Positions 42,250 through 52,656 of a DNA stretch of 64,000 nucleotides are shown in pieces. Both the position numbers and the translations under genes were made by a program. Origin of the DNA: Microcoleus sp. (GTDB lineage: Bacteria > Cyanobacteriota > Cyanobacteriia > Cyanobacteriales > Microcoleaceae). A model generated the notes under the pieces. The model saw only the letters and a program-made list of their open reading frames with translations, made no database searches and had not been told where the DNA came from. The DNA lies in contig JAYFMW010000007.1 of assembly GCA_042408215.1 (NCBI GenBank), forward strand, positions 128,001 through 192,000, given 5' to 3'. Within the stretch, counting starts at the first letter, position 1; every line of letters begins with the position of its first letter.

Positions 42250-42292
42250 AACTTACCTCCATTACAGTGACTTCATAATAAATTATTTCAGT

Positions 42293-44668
42293 CTATTTGT
42301 CTAACGCATCTGGAAAAGGGCGATCGAGCATAGCCTGACAGAGTAAAGATACCAAAGAGCCAGAACGATTGGCTATTTTATCAGAAAAAGGAAAATGTTT
42401 TGGTATAGGTTTCCCTATTTTCTCACGGACTCGCGCTGCTTCATAGACTAAATTTTTGTGTTCTAAATCTTTGGCGATACTTTCAACTAAACGTTTATAT
42501 TCCTTCTCATTAGTATTTTGAAAACCAGACGCTTCCTCAACTGCTTGCCAAGAACAGTTCATTGCCCGTAACAGCAAACAGCGTAGAGAAATATTCTCAG
42601 ACGTAACATTTTCTAACTCCTCTTTTAAAGAGTTAATGTAATTAGTATTATTTTCTAATTTCTTTGGCAAATTATTGTAATGCTTCTGCAATCTCTTGAT
42701 TGCTTCTTGCTCCCATTTGTAAAGACTTTCAATTTTAACTTTAGCTAAAGTTAAAACAAAATAAGTATCTAAGTATGGATGCCCATTGTCACAGCCTTTC
42801 AGCAACTTTTCTTGAGTTTCTTGACGGTTATCTTTGAGCAGGCTTACGTCAACACCACTCGCAAATTCAGCGATCCAACTAGCAGCTTGTTCCGCATCAA
42901 TAGTTTGGCAACATTCAAAGTAGTTCCTACCAATTCTCTCTAATTCTTCTGTAGTTGCTACCACTAATAAGCGATAACGAGGGCGCGTTAGCAATGTGTA
43001 CCATTGAAAACTCTCTTCTAACCGAGATGTCCCATTATTCTCAAATATCCGAAAAGCTACGCAAGCATCAAACTCGCGTCCTTTAGCTTTTTCTGCATTC
43101 AAAATTTCTATACTACTGAATTCGTATTGATTCTCATCTGGATTAGTCCACAGAACTTTCACCTGGTTTGCTGACTGCTGAAGAAAATACCTTTCACCCT
43201 GTCCCTCTCCAGATGAGTTTACTCGCGAATTTAAAAGCCCTAAAAATTTTAAAGCTAACTCCGATGAAGGGTATTCTAGTAAGCGCACTTGCTCACCTTC
43301 TTCAACAGCATATTTAGGATCGCTTGGTTCGGGAAAATGTCGGCCACCATGCCTAGCATTATTGGCAAATTCTAAAAACTGATTGGCAAACTTTAAGATA
43401 TGGCGTGAATTTCGATAATTGTACTTAAGTTCAATGGGCCGGCCTAACTGTAGTTGCCCCCAGTGAAAGTCTACGGGTTGAATTCTCTGATTTAAGTCTC
43501 CCAACAAGCAGAGAGAAGTTGAAGGTCTCTGGTTTTCCCAAGCTTCTCTTACAGCAATTAGAGCTTTTAACTGAGCTAACAAAAAATCTTGGGCTTCATC
43601 GACAATTAAAATAGTAGGCCGGTTTTGGTAAGGAGGGCGAGGCGGAGGAGATATAAGTTGAGTCGCAACATCAAAGTTACAGAGGCGATTCCCTAACCTC
43701 TCTAACCTTCTTGTCCACAATTCTGGTCTAATATTCTCAAGAATTTCAATACGTTCTCTATTTTCTTGGTAGATGGCATTTTTATCGTTGTTACCATTTT
43801 CCCGATCCAGAACAAAAGCTTGATATAGCAAAACATCTCGCGAACTAATATTTCCTAAATTGGGTGCTAAACCCTCGAATCTCACTAATTCTCGCAGAGC
43901 CGTTAATTCTTCCTCTGAAGTTGCTAGGCGAGCGCCCAATTCTGGATCTACTTCACGCACCCAATCAGGAAAGGTTCCAAGCCAAAAACCTTCGGGATTT
44001 TGCTCTTTTATCTTTTTGATCTCTGAGTAATTTTCCAAATCTTCACGCACTGCTGGAGGAACAATAAGCATTGTGTTCCACCCTCTATCGCGATGAAGTT
44101 CACAAGCTAGAAGAGCCGCACATACAGTTTTGCCTGTTCCGGGCGCACTCTGAACTAACCAATCTTTTGTAGACGGTATCCCATCCTGTCTCAACTCATC
44201 AAATGGCTGTTTTTGGTAACGGGTTGGCACCGGCGAGTAGCGATAATAGTTGGCATAAATAAATTTGTACCAAGGATCTCCTTCTTGGTTCCACTTAGGC
44301 TCTTTCAGTGGAATTTCATAAGCTGGATGATCTACTAGCGCGGTTCCTTGAGGTTTATTCAATTCTTCTATTGCCTCTATTTCCTCTATTTCCAGCGGAT
44401 CTGTGCGATTGCGACTGTCAAACACCCTATCATAAACATCTCCTCGCAAACCAGCTTTAATCACTACAATATTGCCAGAATCTCGTTCCCAGATCACACG
44501 CAGTTGACCTTGACGAGTTCGCCACAGGTTTTCATATCCCTGTAAACTTCTAACATCTTGATGGCTGCCTTGGCTCAAACCACTGATAATCTGGTAAACT
44601 ATCTTAAAATTGTCATAGGATAGTCTTTGTATCTCGCGAAAGGCTGCCCGAATAATTTTTACTGACAT
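42293..44668 (-). CDS. RelE/ParE-like toxin domain fused to SF1 (UvrD-like) helicase
   Basis: N-terminal LQGYENLWRTRQGQLRVIW...IVVIKAGLRGDVY; APGTGKT, IVDEAQD, GDLNQ, NYRNS, AKGREFD, YTLLTRPR. Confidence 0.85.
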   Translation of the reverse strand: MSVKIIRAAFREIQRLSYDNFKIVYQIISGLSQGSHQDVRSLQGYENLWRTRQGQLRVIWERDSGNIVVIKAGLRGDVYDRVFDSRNRTDPLEIEEIEAIEELNKPQGTALVDHPAYEIPLKEPKWNQEGDPWYKFIYANYYRYSPVPTRYQKQPFDELRQDGIPSTKDWLVQSAPGTGKTVCAALLACELHRDRGWNTMLIVPPAVREDLENYSEIKKIKEQNPEGFWLGTFPDWVREVDPELGARLATSEEELTALRELVRFEGLAPNLGNISSRDVLLYQAFVLDRENGNNDKNAIYQENRERIEILENIRPELWTRRLERLGNRLCNFDVATQLISPPPRPPYQNRPTILIVDEAQDFLLAQLKALIAVREAWENQRPSTSLCLLGDLNQRIQPVDFHWGQLQLGRPIELKYNYRNSRHILKFANQFLEFANNARHGGRHFPEPSDPKYAVEEGEQVRLLEYPSSELALKFLGLLNSRVNSSGEGQGERYFLQQSANQVKVLWTNPDENQYEFSSIEILNAEKAKGREFDACVAFRIFENNGTSRLEESFQWYTLLTRPRYRLLVVATTEELERIGRNYFECCQTIDAEQAASWIAEFASGVDVSLLKDNRQETQEKLLKGCDNGHPYLDTYFVLTLAKVKIESLYKWEQEAIKRLQKHYNNLPKKLENNTNYINSLKEELENVTSENISLRCLLLRAMNCSWQAVEEASGFQNTNEKEYKRLVESIAKDLEHKNLVYEAARVREKIGKPIPKHFPFSDKIANRSGSLVSLLCQAMLDRPFPDALDK

Positions 44669-44925
44669 AGGCTACTTTCTGACCCTCGTATCCAGAATCT
44701 TGCATATCCTTATTATTTACTTATCATATAAATTTTGAGATTTATACTTTTGTAAGTAAACTTAATAAAACCTAGCAAACCAATTTTGAAAGCCACGACT
44801 TTGACCCGTAGAAACTCTAATCTACAATCATTGTATGCTAATCAAGCAATTTGTCATTTAACTAAACTCAATATACAGATCCCCGACTTCTTAAAGAAGT
44901 CGGGGATCTAACTTGGTATGACAAT

Positions 44926-45618
44926 TCAAACTTCTGTATCGATATCTACCCCCATTTCTCGGAGTCGCTGGGCTAATCTTTCGACTTGCTGTTCTAGCTG
45001 CTGTCGCTGTGCTTGTTCTTCTCGAATTAAATCTTCTACTAGCGGCCCAGAGAGCACTTCATTCACCGATAAAATAAATTCAGCGAACTGTACAGACTGA
45101 ACCTGCTGTCCCGGCAAAAATTCCTGGTGAGAATAACTGCCTTCATTGTCGGGACGGCTACACACTCGTATTTTGAGTAGATTGGGGTCTACAATCCAAT
45201 ATTCAGGGATATCAATCAAGTCATATTCTGCCCGTTTGCGAATGTAGTCGTCCCGCCAATTTTGACTGGTAACTTCTATCACTAACAGCGGTTTTTCTTC
45301 AAAGTCCAGGACTGCGGAACCAGATTGCGCGCAGACTTGTTCCCAAAGACTCTGAGTGCAAATCACCACATCAGGAACACGGGAAGAGTTTTCCTCGGTT
45401 CGGACTGCGGTAGTAACAACTGCAACTAGCGGTAGGTTGTGTGCTGCAAAGAAGCGCCGGAACTGGTAAACCAAAAATTCAATTATTTTGATATGTATGG
45501 CTGTGGGTGTTGGCATTTCGATGATATGTCCCCGATATAATTCATAACAAACACCTGATTCTCCCTGATAGTTCAGATACTCTTCAAAGGTCAGTTTTTG
45601 GGTAGAAATTAGGGTCAT
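44926..45618 (-). CDS. Uma2 family putative endonuclease
   Basis: TFEEYL, RVPDV, LVIEVTS, D...KRAEY...IPEYWIVDP. Confidence 0.92.
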   Translation of the reverse strand: MTLISTQKLTFEEYLNYQGESGVCYELYRGHIIEMPTPTAIHIKIIEFLVYQFRRFFAAHNLPLVAVVTTAVRTEENSSRVPDVVICTQSLWEQVCAQSGSAVLDFEEKPLLVIEVTSQNWRDDYIRKRAEYDLIDIPEYWIVDPNLLKIRVCSRPDNEGSYSHQEFLPGQQVQSVQFAEFILSVNEVLSGPLVEDLIREEQAQRQQLEQQVERLAQRLREMGVDIDTEV

Positions 45619-45830
45619 GTAAATTATCTCCCTTTTTCGGTGAGCTTGCTTTATATTTTACACTTTATTTCTTAGTCCCTCTCGGCTGGGACGAAAGTTT
45701 GTATAGTAGCGGTTTCAACCGCCGAATGAGCCAAGGGGGTAATGAACCAAAATTTAGTCTTACACCTCTTTAAAACAATTATAGGGCGAGCCATGCCCAC
45801 CCTACAACTCAGATTAAATCACCCTACACA

Positions 45831-47063
<1,233 letters not shown>

Positions 47064-47449
47064 TTATCAAGATAGAGAATGTGACCGTAGACTCAATTTA
47101 CTTTTTTCTTAAGGTCATCTGGACTAATTGGTCGCGTTAGTCTTTCACCCTCGCCTAGGGGCGGGCGTGTTAAGTTTTGGTCGATCGCGTCTCCAATTCC
47201 CAATTAGCCGAACACAACGCGAACCTCGCCCGGCTGCGTTCAGGTGTTGACCTATAGCTATTGTTGTCTGCGTACTGCGACTATTTTACCCGATCGAGGG
47301 TGCAGCCCCGATAAGTCGTTTTGATTGGCGGCCGGTGATGGAGTAAGGCATCGGGCCAAAAAGATCTCCTATTGACGTTGAGCTTGTAGTGGGCGATCGC
47401 ATTCTGGTAAGATTAACCACTAAAGTTGGTCTTATAAAACTTTATTAAG

Positions 47450-47710
47450 TTTATAAGCATTAGTTAGCACTGGTAGTATCCTGTAATTAAGAGGCCAAAT
47501 GAAACTACCTGACTACTGGTTTGTTAATTAATGCCGATGTCAATGGGTCTTACAAGATCATGAGAAAAGCAATCCCAAATGCCTTGTGCGATGGGATAGG
47601 GAGCTGCGTAGTTCAGCCCAGGCGGGTCAATCCGCTCGAAGTAAAAAAGAAAGGGGAGGGACTTCAAGCCTCCCATGTCATGCAATAGATGACTATACTT
47701 TTACAAGCTA
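47450..47710 (+). mobile_element. Internally deleted TnpB (IS200/IS605- or IS607-type) element
   Basis: 47512-47688 translates as TTGLLINADVNGSYKIMRKAIPNALCDGIGSCVVQPRRVNPLEVKKKGEGLQASHVMQ*; GAGG-ATGAAACTA just upstream; element limits approximate. Confidence 0.75.
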
Positions 47711-47898
47711 TTAATTACTTGCCTTGAAGATTGCTTGGGTCTTTCAGAGCAGGCAGTCAACGGACTGCTGTATGCTGGTTTTGCTAGATCCGATCGGGTA
47801 GCAAAGCCACATCAAGCCCGCTGGTAGCTACCTGTGGGCTGAAATTTTGTGGAATCTACACTTGAGTTAGTAAACAGTGATTTTTTTAGAGGGAAACT

Positions 47899-48903
47899 AT
47901 GACCAGTAAGCCGGATCGCGTGGTTTTAATTGGCGTTGCTGGAGACTCCGGGTGCGGAAAATCTACCTTTTTGCGCCGATTGACAGATTTGTTCGGGGAA
48001 GATTTCGTTACCGTCATCTGCCTTGACGACTATCATTGTCTCGATCGCAAACAGCGCAAAGAAACAGGAATTACCGCCCTTGACCCCAGAGCGAACAATT
48101 TCGACCTGATGTACGAGCAGATGAAAGCCCTCAAAGAAGGTCGGGGAATAGACAAGCCGATTTACAACCACGAAACCGGTCTGCTCGATCCTCCTGAGCG
48201 GGTAGAGCCGAATCATGTGATTGTGATTGAGGGATTGCACCCCCTTTACGACGAGCGAGTGCGATCGCTCCTCGACTTCAGCGTCTACCTAGACATCAGC
48301 GACGAAGTAAAAATTGCTTGGAAAATCCAGCGCGACATGGCGGAACGGGGCCACCGTTACGAAGACGTGCTGTTTGCGATCAACGCTCGCAAACCAGACT
48401 TTACGGCTTACATCGACCCGCAAAAGCAATATGCTGATGTGGTAATTCAAGTATTGCCGACCAATTTAATTAAGGATGACAAAGAGCGGAAGGTTCTGCG
48501 CGTGCAGATGATCCAGCGCGAAGGCATCGCCAACTTTGAGCCCGCATATTTGTTTGACGAAGGTTCAACAATCAACTGGGTGCCTTGCGGCCGCAAACTG
48601 ACTTGTTCCTATCCAGGAATTAAGATGTATTACGGGCCTGACGCTTTCTACGGCCACGAAGTCTCGATTTTGGAAGTAGACGGCCAGTTTGAAAATCTCG
48701 AAGAAGTTATTTACATTGAAAACCATTTGAGCAAGACTTCTGCGAAGTATCAAGGCGAGTTGACTCACCTATTGCTTCAGCACCGTGAATATCCTGGTTC
48801 TAATAATGGAACTGGTTTGTTCCAAGTGTTAGTCGGATTGAAGATGCGGGCGACTTACGAGAAGTTGACTGCAAAAGAAGCGAAAGTGGCTGTTAGTGTT
48901 TAG
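47899..48903 (+). CDS. prk: Phosphoribulokinase
   Basis: GDSGCGKST, ICLDDYH, KIQRDMAERGH, PCGRKLTCSYPG. Confidence 0.98.
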   Translation: MTSKPDRVVLIGVAGDSGCGKSTFLRRLTDLFGEDFVTVICLDDYHCLDRKQRKETGITALDPRANNFDLMYEQMKALKEGRGIDKPIYNHETGLLDPPERVEPNHVIVIEGLHPLYDERVRSLLDFSVYLDISDEVKIAWKIQRDMAERGHRYEDVLFAINARKPDFTAYIDPQKQYADVVIQVLPTNLIKDDKERKVLRVQMIQREGIANFEPAYLFDEGSTINWVPCGRKLTCSYPGIKMYYGPDAFYGHEVSILEVDGQFENLEEVIYIENHLSKTSAKYQGELTHLLLQHREYPGSNNGTGLFQVLVGLKMRATYEKLTAKEAKVAVSV

Positions 48904-48924
48904 AACGCAGACATGAAAGATTTG

Positions 48925-48952
48925 GGAGGCGCAATTGCGCCTCTTTTTTTTT
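48925..48952 (+). terminator. Intrinsic terminator of prk
   Basis: gaggcgc-aatt-gcgcctc followed by a T-run. Confidence 0.85.
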
Positions 48953-49182
48953 GGAGAAATGAACCGCTCCAGCGCCAGAGGGCGCAGAGAAGAGTTATAC
49001 CAATTTAATGGGTCGTTGCATATATCTCGATCCCCCTCGCATCCCCCTTAATAAGGGAGTAGGGTGTGAGTAGGGGGTGACGAAAGAGCAGAATCTTGTT
49101 CCACACCCCCTACTCCCCTACTCCCCTTATTAAGGGGGGTTAGGGGGGATCAGATTCTATGCAGCCTCATAAAAAACTGGTA

Positions 49183-50379
49183 TTAGGAGAGGATGTTTGA
49201 AGGTAGAGAGGTTAAGAAGGTTTTTCCGGCTTGATTTAGGTCGCTATTTAGGGAAAAGGTTAGACTGCGAACTTGGATATCGTCATTTTTTATGTTGAGT
49301 GGCTGTTGGAGGTTTTGCGGGTAGATGAGAATTGCATTTTGGCAGTTTAACGCATTGGCGTAGGCGACTATTTGATGAATGTCATTATTGGCTACTTTAT
49401 CGGGAGCTTTGTATTTTGTATCGAGGACATAGTGGACTTTTTTTGTTGCAATATCGCAGAGGAGTAAGTCAATCCGATCGGAATAATTTTGGTCATGTCT
49501 GACTCGGTGTTGTTGTTTGACAAAAAAGCCTTTTGGTGTATTTGCGTTGAGCCATTCAGCGACAAATTGTTCATATAAATTGGCCATGTTTATCAGAAAA
49601 GGGAGCATTTCGCGATCGCCTGTTTCGTGACTTGGCCCTGTATTCTCCAGAAAGAAGCGACATAAGGCGTGTAAAAGTTGATAATCTTGATTTAAACGGT
49701 GATAATTTCTATCAATACAAGCTTGTGCTGTAAAAGATTTTATGGTAACAACTCCTTGGAGTGTGTGAAAGGCTTTTCGCACCGTCGATGAGACTGATTC
49801 GCCACACAAACCGCTACGGCCAATTATGAATAGTGTCCAAGCCAGAATTTGATTATCTTCGATATCGCCTGTTTGTTCGTTGTAGTGACATTTTAGTTTA
49901 ACATCCCAAGGTTTTTGAAGAGCCGACCGCAAATCGACGCGGCCGCGAATGTAGGCGAGTCTTTCTGTTTTGGATAAGTAATCGCGATATAATCCTTTGC
50001 GACAGCGTTCGAGAATTTTTTGGGCAAGAATGTTAGCTAATCTTTCATAGGCTTGTTCTAAAAATTGGCACTGAATCTGTCCTTGGGGAAATTTTATCTT
50101 AAGTTTGTAGGCATATTCAAGCATTCCGAAGAAGTTGTTTATGGGAACCTTTGGGCGGATGAAAATGTGAAATTCTGGAGTAATTGGAATCTTGCCAACT
50201 ATGCCTTTAGATGTTAATTTCCATTTATTGTTTGTGGTAAAATCGGGACGTTTTATCTCTATTTCTTTGGCATAATTTTGGTGTATTTTCTGTCCTACTG
50301 ATTCGGGAATAAAATCTCGATCAAAGGTTGCTGATTGATATTCGATGAGTTTGATAATTCGGGGTGATTCTGGTTTCAT
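49183..50379 (-). CDS. mcrC: McrC-family restriction endonuclease subunit
   Basis: IRPKVP, IRGRVD, NMANLYEQFV, RID...VLDTKYK, DIHQIVAYA. Confidence 0.9.
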   Translation of the reverse strand: MKPESPRIIKLIEYQSATFDRDFIPESVGQKIHQNYAKEIEIKRPDFTTNNKWKLTSKGIVGKIPITPEFHIFIRPKVPINNFFGMLEYAYKLKIKFPQGQIQCQFLEQAYERLANILAQKILERCRKGLYRDYLSKTERLAYIRGRVDLRSALQKPWDVKLKCHYNEQTGDIEDNQILAWTLFIIGRSGLCGESVSSTVRKAFHTLQGVVTIKSFTAQACIDRNYHRLNQDYQLLHALCRFFLENTGPSHETGDREMLPFLINMANLYEQFVAEWLNANTPKGFFVKQQHRVRHDQNYSDRIDLLLCDIATKKVHYVLDTKYKAPDKVANNDIHQIVAYANALNCQNAILIYPQNLQQPLNIKNDDIQVRSLTFSLNSDLNQAGKTFLTSLPSNILS

Positions 50380-50386
50380 AAGATGA

Positions 50387-52033
50387 TCACTTGCTCAATT
50401 CGTCTTTGATTTTATCCCAGAGAAAATCATCCATTTTTTCCTGATTATCAAAGAAGTATTCTTCGAGGTATGGCTCAATTTCCATTTGCCAAATATCTTG
50501 GATATCTTCAACTAAGGTTTTTGTCAAAAAGAAGGAGATGCCTAGTTCATAGTGTTTGTTGTTAATTGCCCGATTGACATCTTCTAGAATACCAATTAAT
50601 TTATCAACTAGAAAACCTGTTTCCTCTCTCTGGTGATACTGTCGCAGGACTTCATAGTTGGGATAGATGGGGATGAATGCGAAGCGGCGACGGAGTGCGT
50701 TATCGACTAAGGCAATAGAGCGGTCTGCGGTGTTCATTGTGCCGATGATGCGGACATTTGTAGGGATTCTGAATCGTTTGCCGCTGGCTAGTGTAATAAA
50801 GCGTTCAGTGTCTTGTCGGTCATCTAGGAGATACATTAACTCGCCAAAGACTTGAGAGAGATTGGCGCGATTAATTTCATCAATAATGAGAACGCAAGTA
50901 TCTTGACAAGACTCAGCTTTTGTGCAAAAATCGAGGAATCTACCGGGAACTATGGGATAGGTCAATTGGTCATTTTGACTCTGCGGCCGGATGCCTTGAA
51001 TAAAGTCTTCATAAGTATAAGCTGGGTGAAATTGGATTATGTCTGAGAAACCGTCACCGCCACCGATTAAGTGTTTGGCTAGTTTTTGAGCAAGGAAGGT
51101 TTTTCCGGTTCCGGGTGGGCCTTGGATGATGGTTTGGCCTTTGCGGTTAATGGTGCGTATCCAGCCGTTAATTTCAGATGTTTGAAAACCTGTTATTTCA
51201 GAAATTTCTTTGATATCATACTCTCGATTAAATTCTTTCTCATAGATTGAAAAGTATTGCGCGATCAGAGGTGAATCCTTATCCTCCAGATAGGAACACA
51301 AAAAAAATAATGGAAATACTTTTTTAAATGTTTGTGTTATCATGTGAATTAACTGTTGAGCAGAATATCCTAATACTTTTTCTGCTTCAAGCGATCTAGC
51401 AACCTGAATATTAGTAATTTTATATTTTTCAAGTTCTGGTGTTTGTTCGCCAACCAAAGAGATAATACTTTCTAATAATTCATAAATACATTTTTGAGAT
51501 TTCATTATTATCATACGATATTCATGCACAGGGGAAGTAGAACGAATTATTTGCTGAGTTAAATAGCAATGATATTGATTGGGAAGGTTATAACGTTTAA
51601 GGCTATCGATTGCCAATGGGTTATTTATATAATTGCTTTCATAATTATCTATAATACAATCAATATCGTTAAATTCTGCACAGAAACCAAAAGTTAAGTC
51701 TTGGTTGTCAAATCTTAGCATTAAGTAAGCATTCTCTCTATAATTGATATCTTCACAACCAAAAGATATACTGTAAGCTATTGATTGTAAACCTTTTGTT
51801 TCAACGATCGAGCCAAGTTGCTCCCACTTGATATTTATATATTTTTTGATAAAATCAGGTAACAGATATTCCACCTGGATTAAAATATCCTTTAATGGAT
51901 TTTCAACATATTTTAAGAAATCTTTTTTGTGTGCCATGTAAAAATCTGAGCTTGGGTTTTCATAAAATTGTGCCAATAACCTAAATGTGTCTGCTGAAAA
52001 AGGACAGTCAGGATGTACAAAAACTTTTTCCAT
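50387..52033 (-). CDS. mcrB: McrB-family AAA+ GTPase
   Basis: GPPGTGKT, QFHPAYTYEDF, IIDEINRAN, GTMNTADRS, ALRRRF. Confidence 0.93.
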   Translation of the reverse strand: MEKVFVHPDCPFSADTFRLLAQFYENPSSDFYMAHKKDFLKYVENPLKDILIQVEYLLPDFIKKYINIKWEQLGSIVETKGLQSIAYSISFGCEDINYRENAYLMLRFDNQDLTFGFCAEFNDIDCIIDNYESNYINNPLAIDSLKRYNLPNQYHCYLTQQIIRSTSPVHEYRMIIMKSQKCIYELLESIISLVGEQTPELEKYKITNIQVARSLEAEKVLGYSAQQLIHMITQTFKKVFPLFFLCSYLEDKDSPLIAQYFSIYEKEFNREYDIKEISEITGFQTSEINGWIRTINRKGQTIIQGPPGTGKTFLAQKLAKHLIGGGDGFSDIIQFHPAYTYEDFIQGIRPQSQNDQLTYPIVPGRFLDFCTKAESCQDTCVLIIDEINRANLSQVFGELMYLLDDRQDTERFITLASGKRFRIPTNVRIIGTMNTADRSIALVDNALRRRFAFIPIYPNYEVLRQYHQREETGFLVDKLIGILEDVNRAINNKHYELGISFFLTKTLVEDIQDIWQMEIEPYLEEYFFDNQEKMDDFLWDKIKDELSK

Positions 52034-52276
52034 TTTTTCTGTATCTTTAAGATGACTTAATTGATGTTCTTAACTTATTGTAGCCGATCGCCCTTACTGC
52101 ACAGACATCAAAAATGTGTAGATATAGCAAGCCTTAGACATCTCACCCATCAGATAGCACACTAACAGCAAAAAAGCAAGTACCACCCCGAAAGTCGAAA
52201 CTATCCGAAGCGCAGCACAATTCACAAATCCCCGAAAACATCCTTAAATCAACTTCGATCGCCGAGTGACTAAGAT

Positions 52277-52425
52277 TTACCAAATTGTGTCTATACTCGA
52301 TAATTGAATCCGGCGATCGCGACTAATAACAGGTACATTAAGATACAAACCAGTAGCAGCAATAATGCGATCGGGCAAATCGGGAATTTGCGATCGGTCA
52401 ACTTGCCTTAAACATTGTAGCATTA
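52277..52425 (-). pseudogene. C-terminal fragment of a PIN-domain (VapC-like) toxin
   Basis: IPDLPDRIIAATGLYLNVPVISRDRRI...TIW; N-terminal half missing. Confidence 0.75.
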
Positions 52426-52656
52426 AACTGCTTGGAGGTTCCAGTAATTTACTTCTTCCCAGTAGAGATGATCTACTTCTTCCCACTTCTTCCTACTTCT
52501 TCCTTCGTGTCCTTCGCGTCTTCGCGGTTCAATAATACTAATCCCAACCGTGCCCGGAAAAATCAAACTTGTGTCAAAAGCACCTAAACGTGCTATATTC
52601 CCGTAAACCCTGAACAGCACTTTCAGGTATTGCAAATTTATCAACGAGTCAACTAA

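Larger units (their letters stand above)
41377..44835. mobile_element. Genomic island bounded by an about 70-bp direct repeat of the hom 5' end and upstream region
   Basis: aaacctagcaaaccaattttgaaagccacgactttgacccgta..aaactc...ctacaatcattgta at 41377-41447 and 44768-44835. Confidence 0.8.

Noticed and set aside
52423..52644. 73-aa minus-strand ORF as antitoxin of the PIN fragment
   Set aside because: Spans a repeat and a promoter region; no antitoxin-like features
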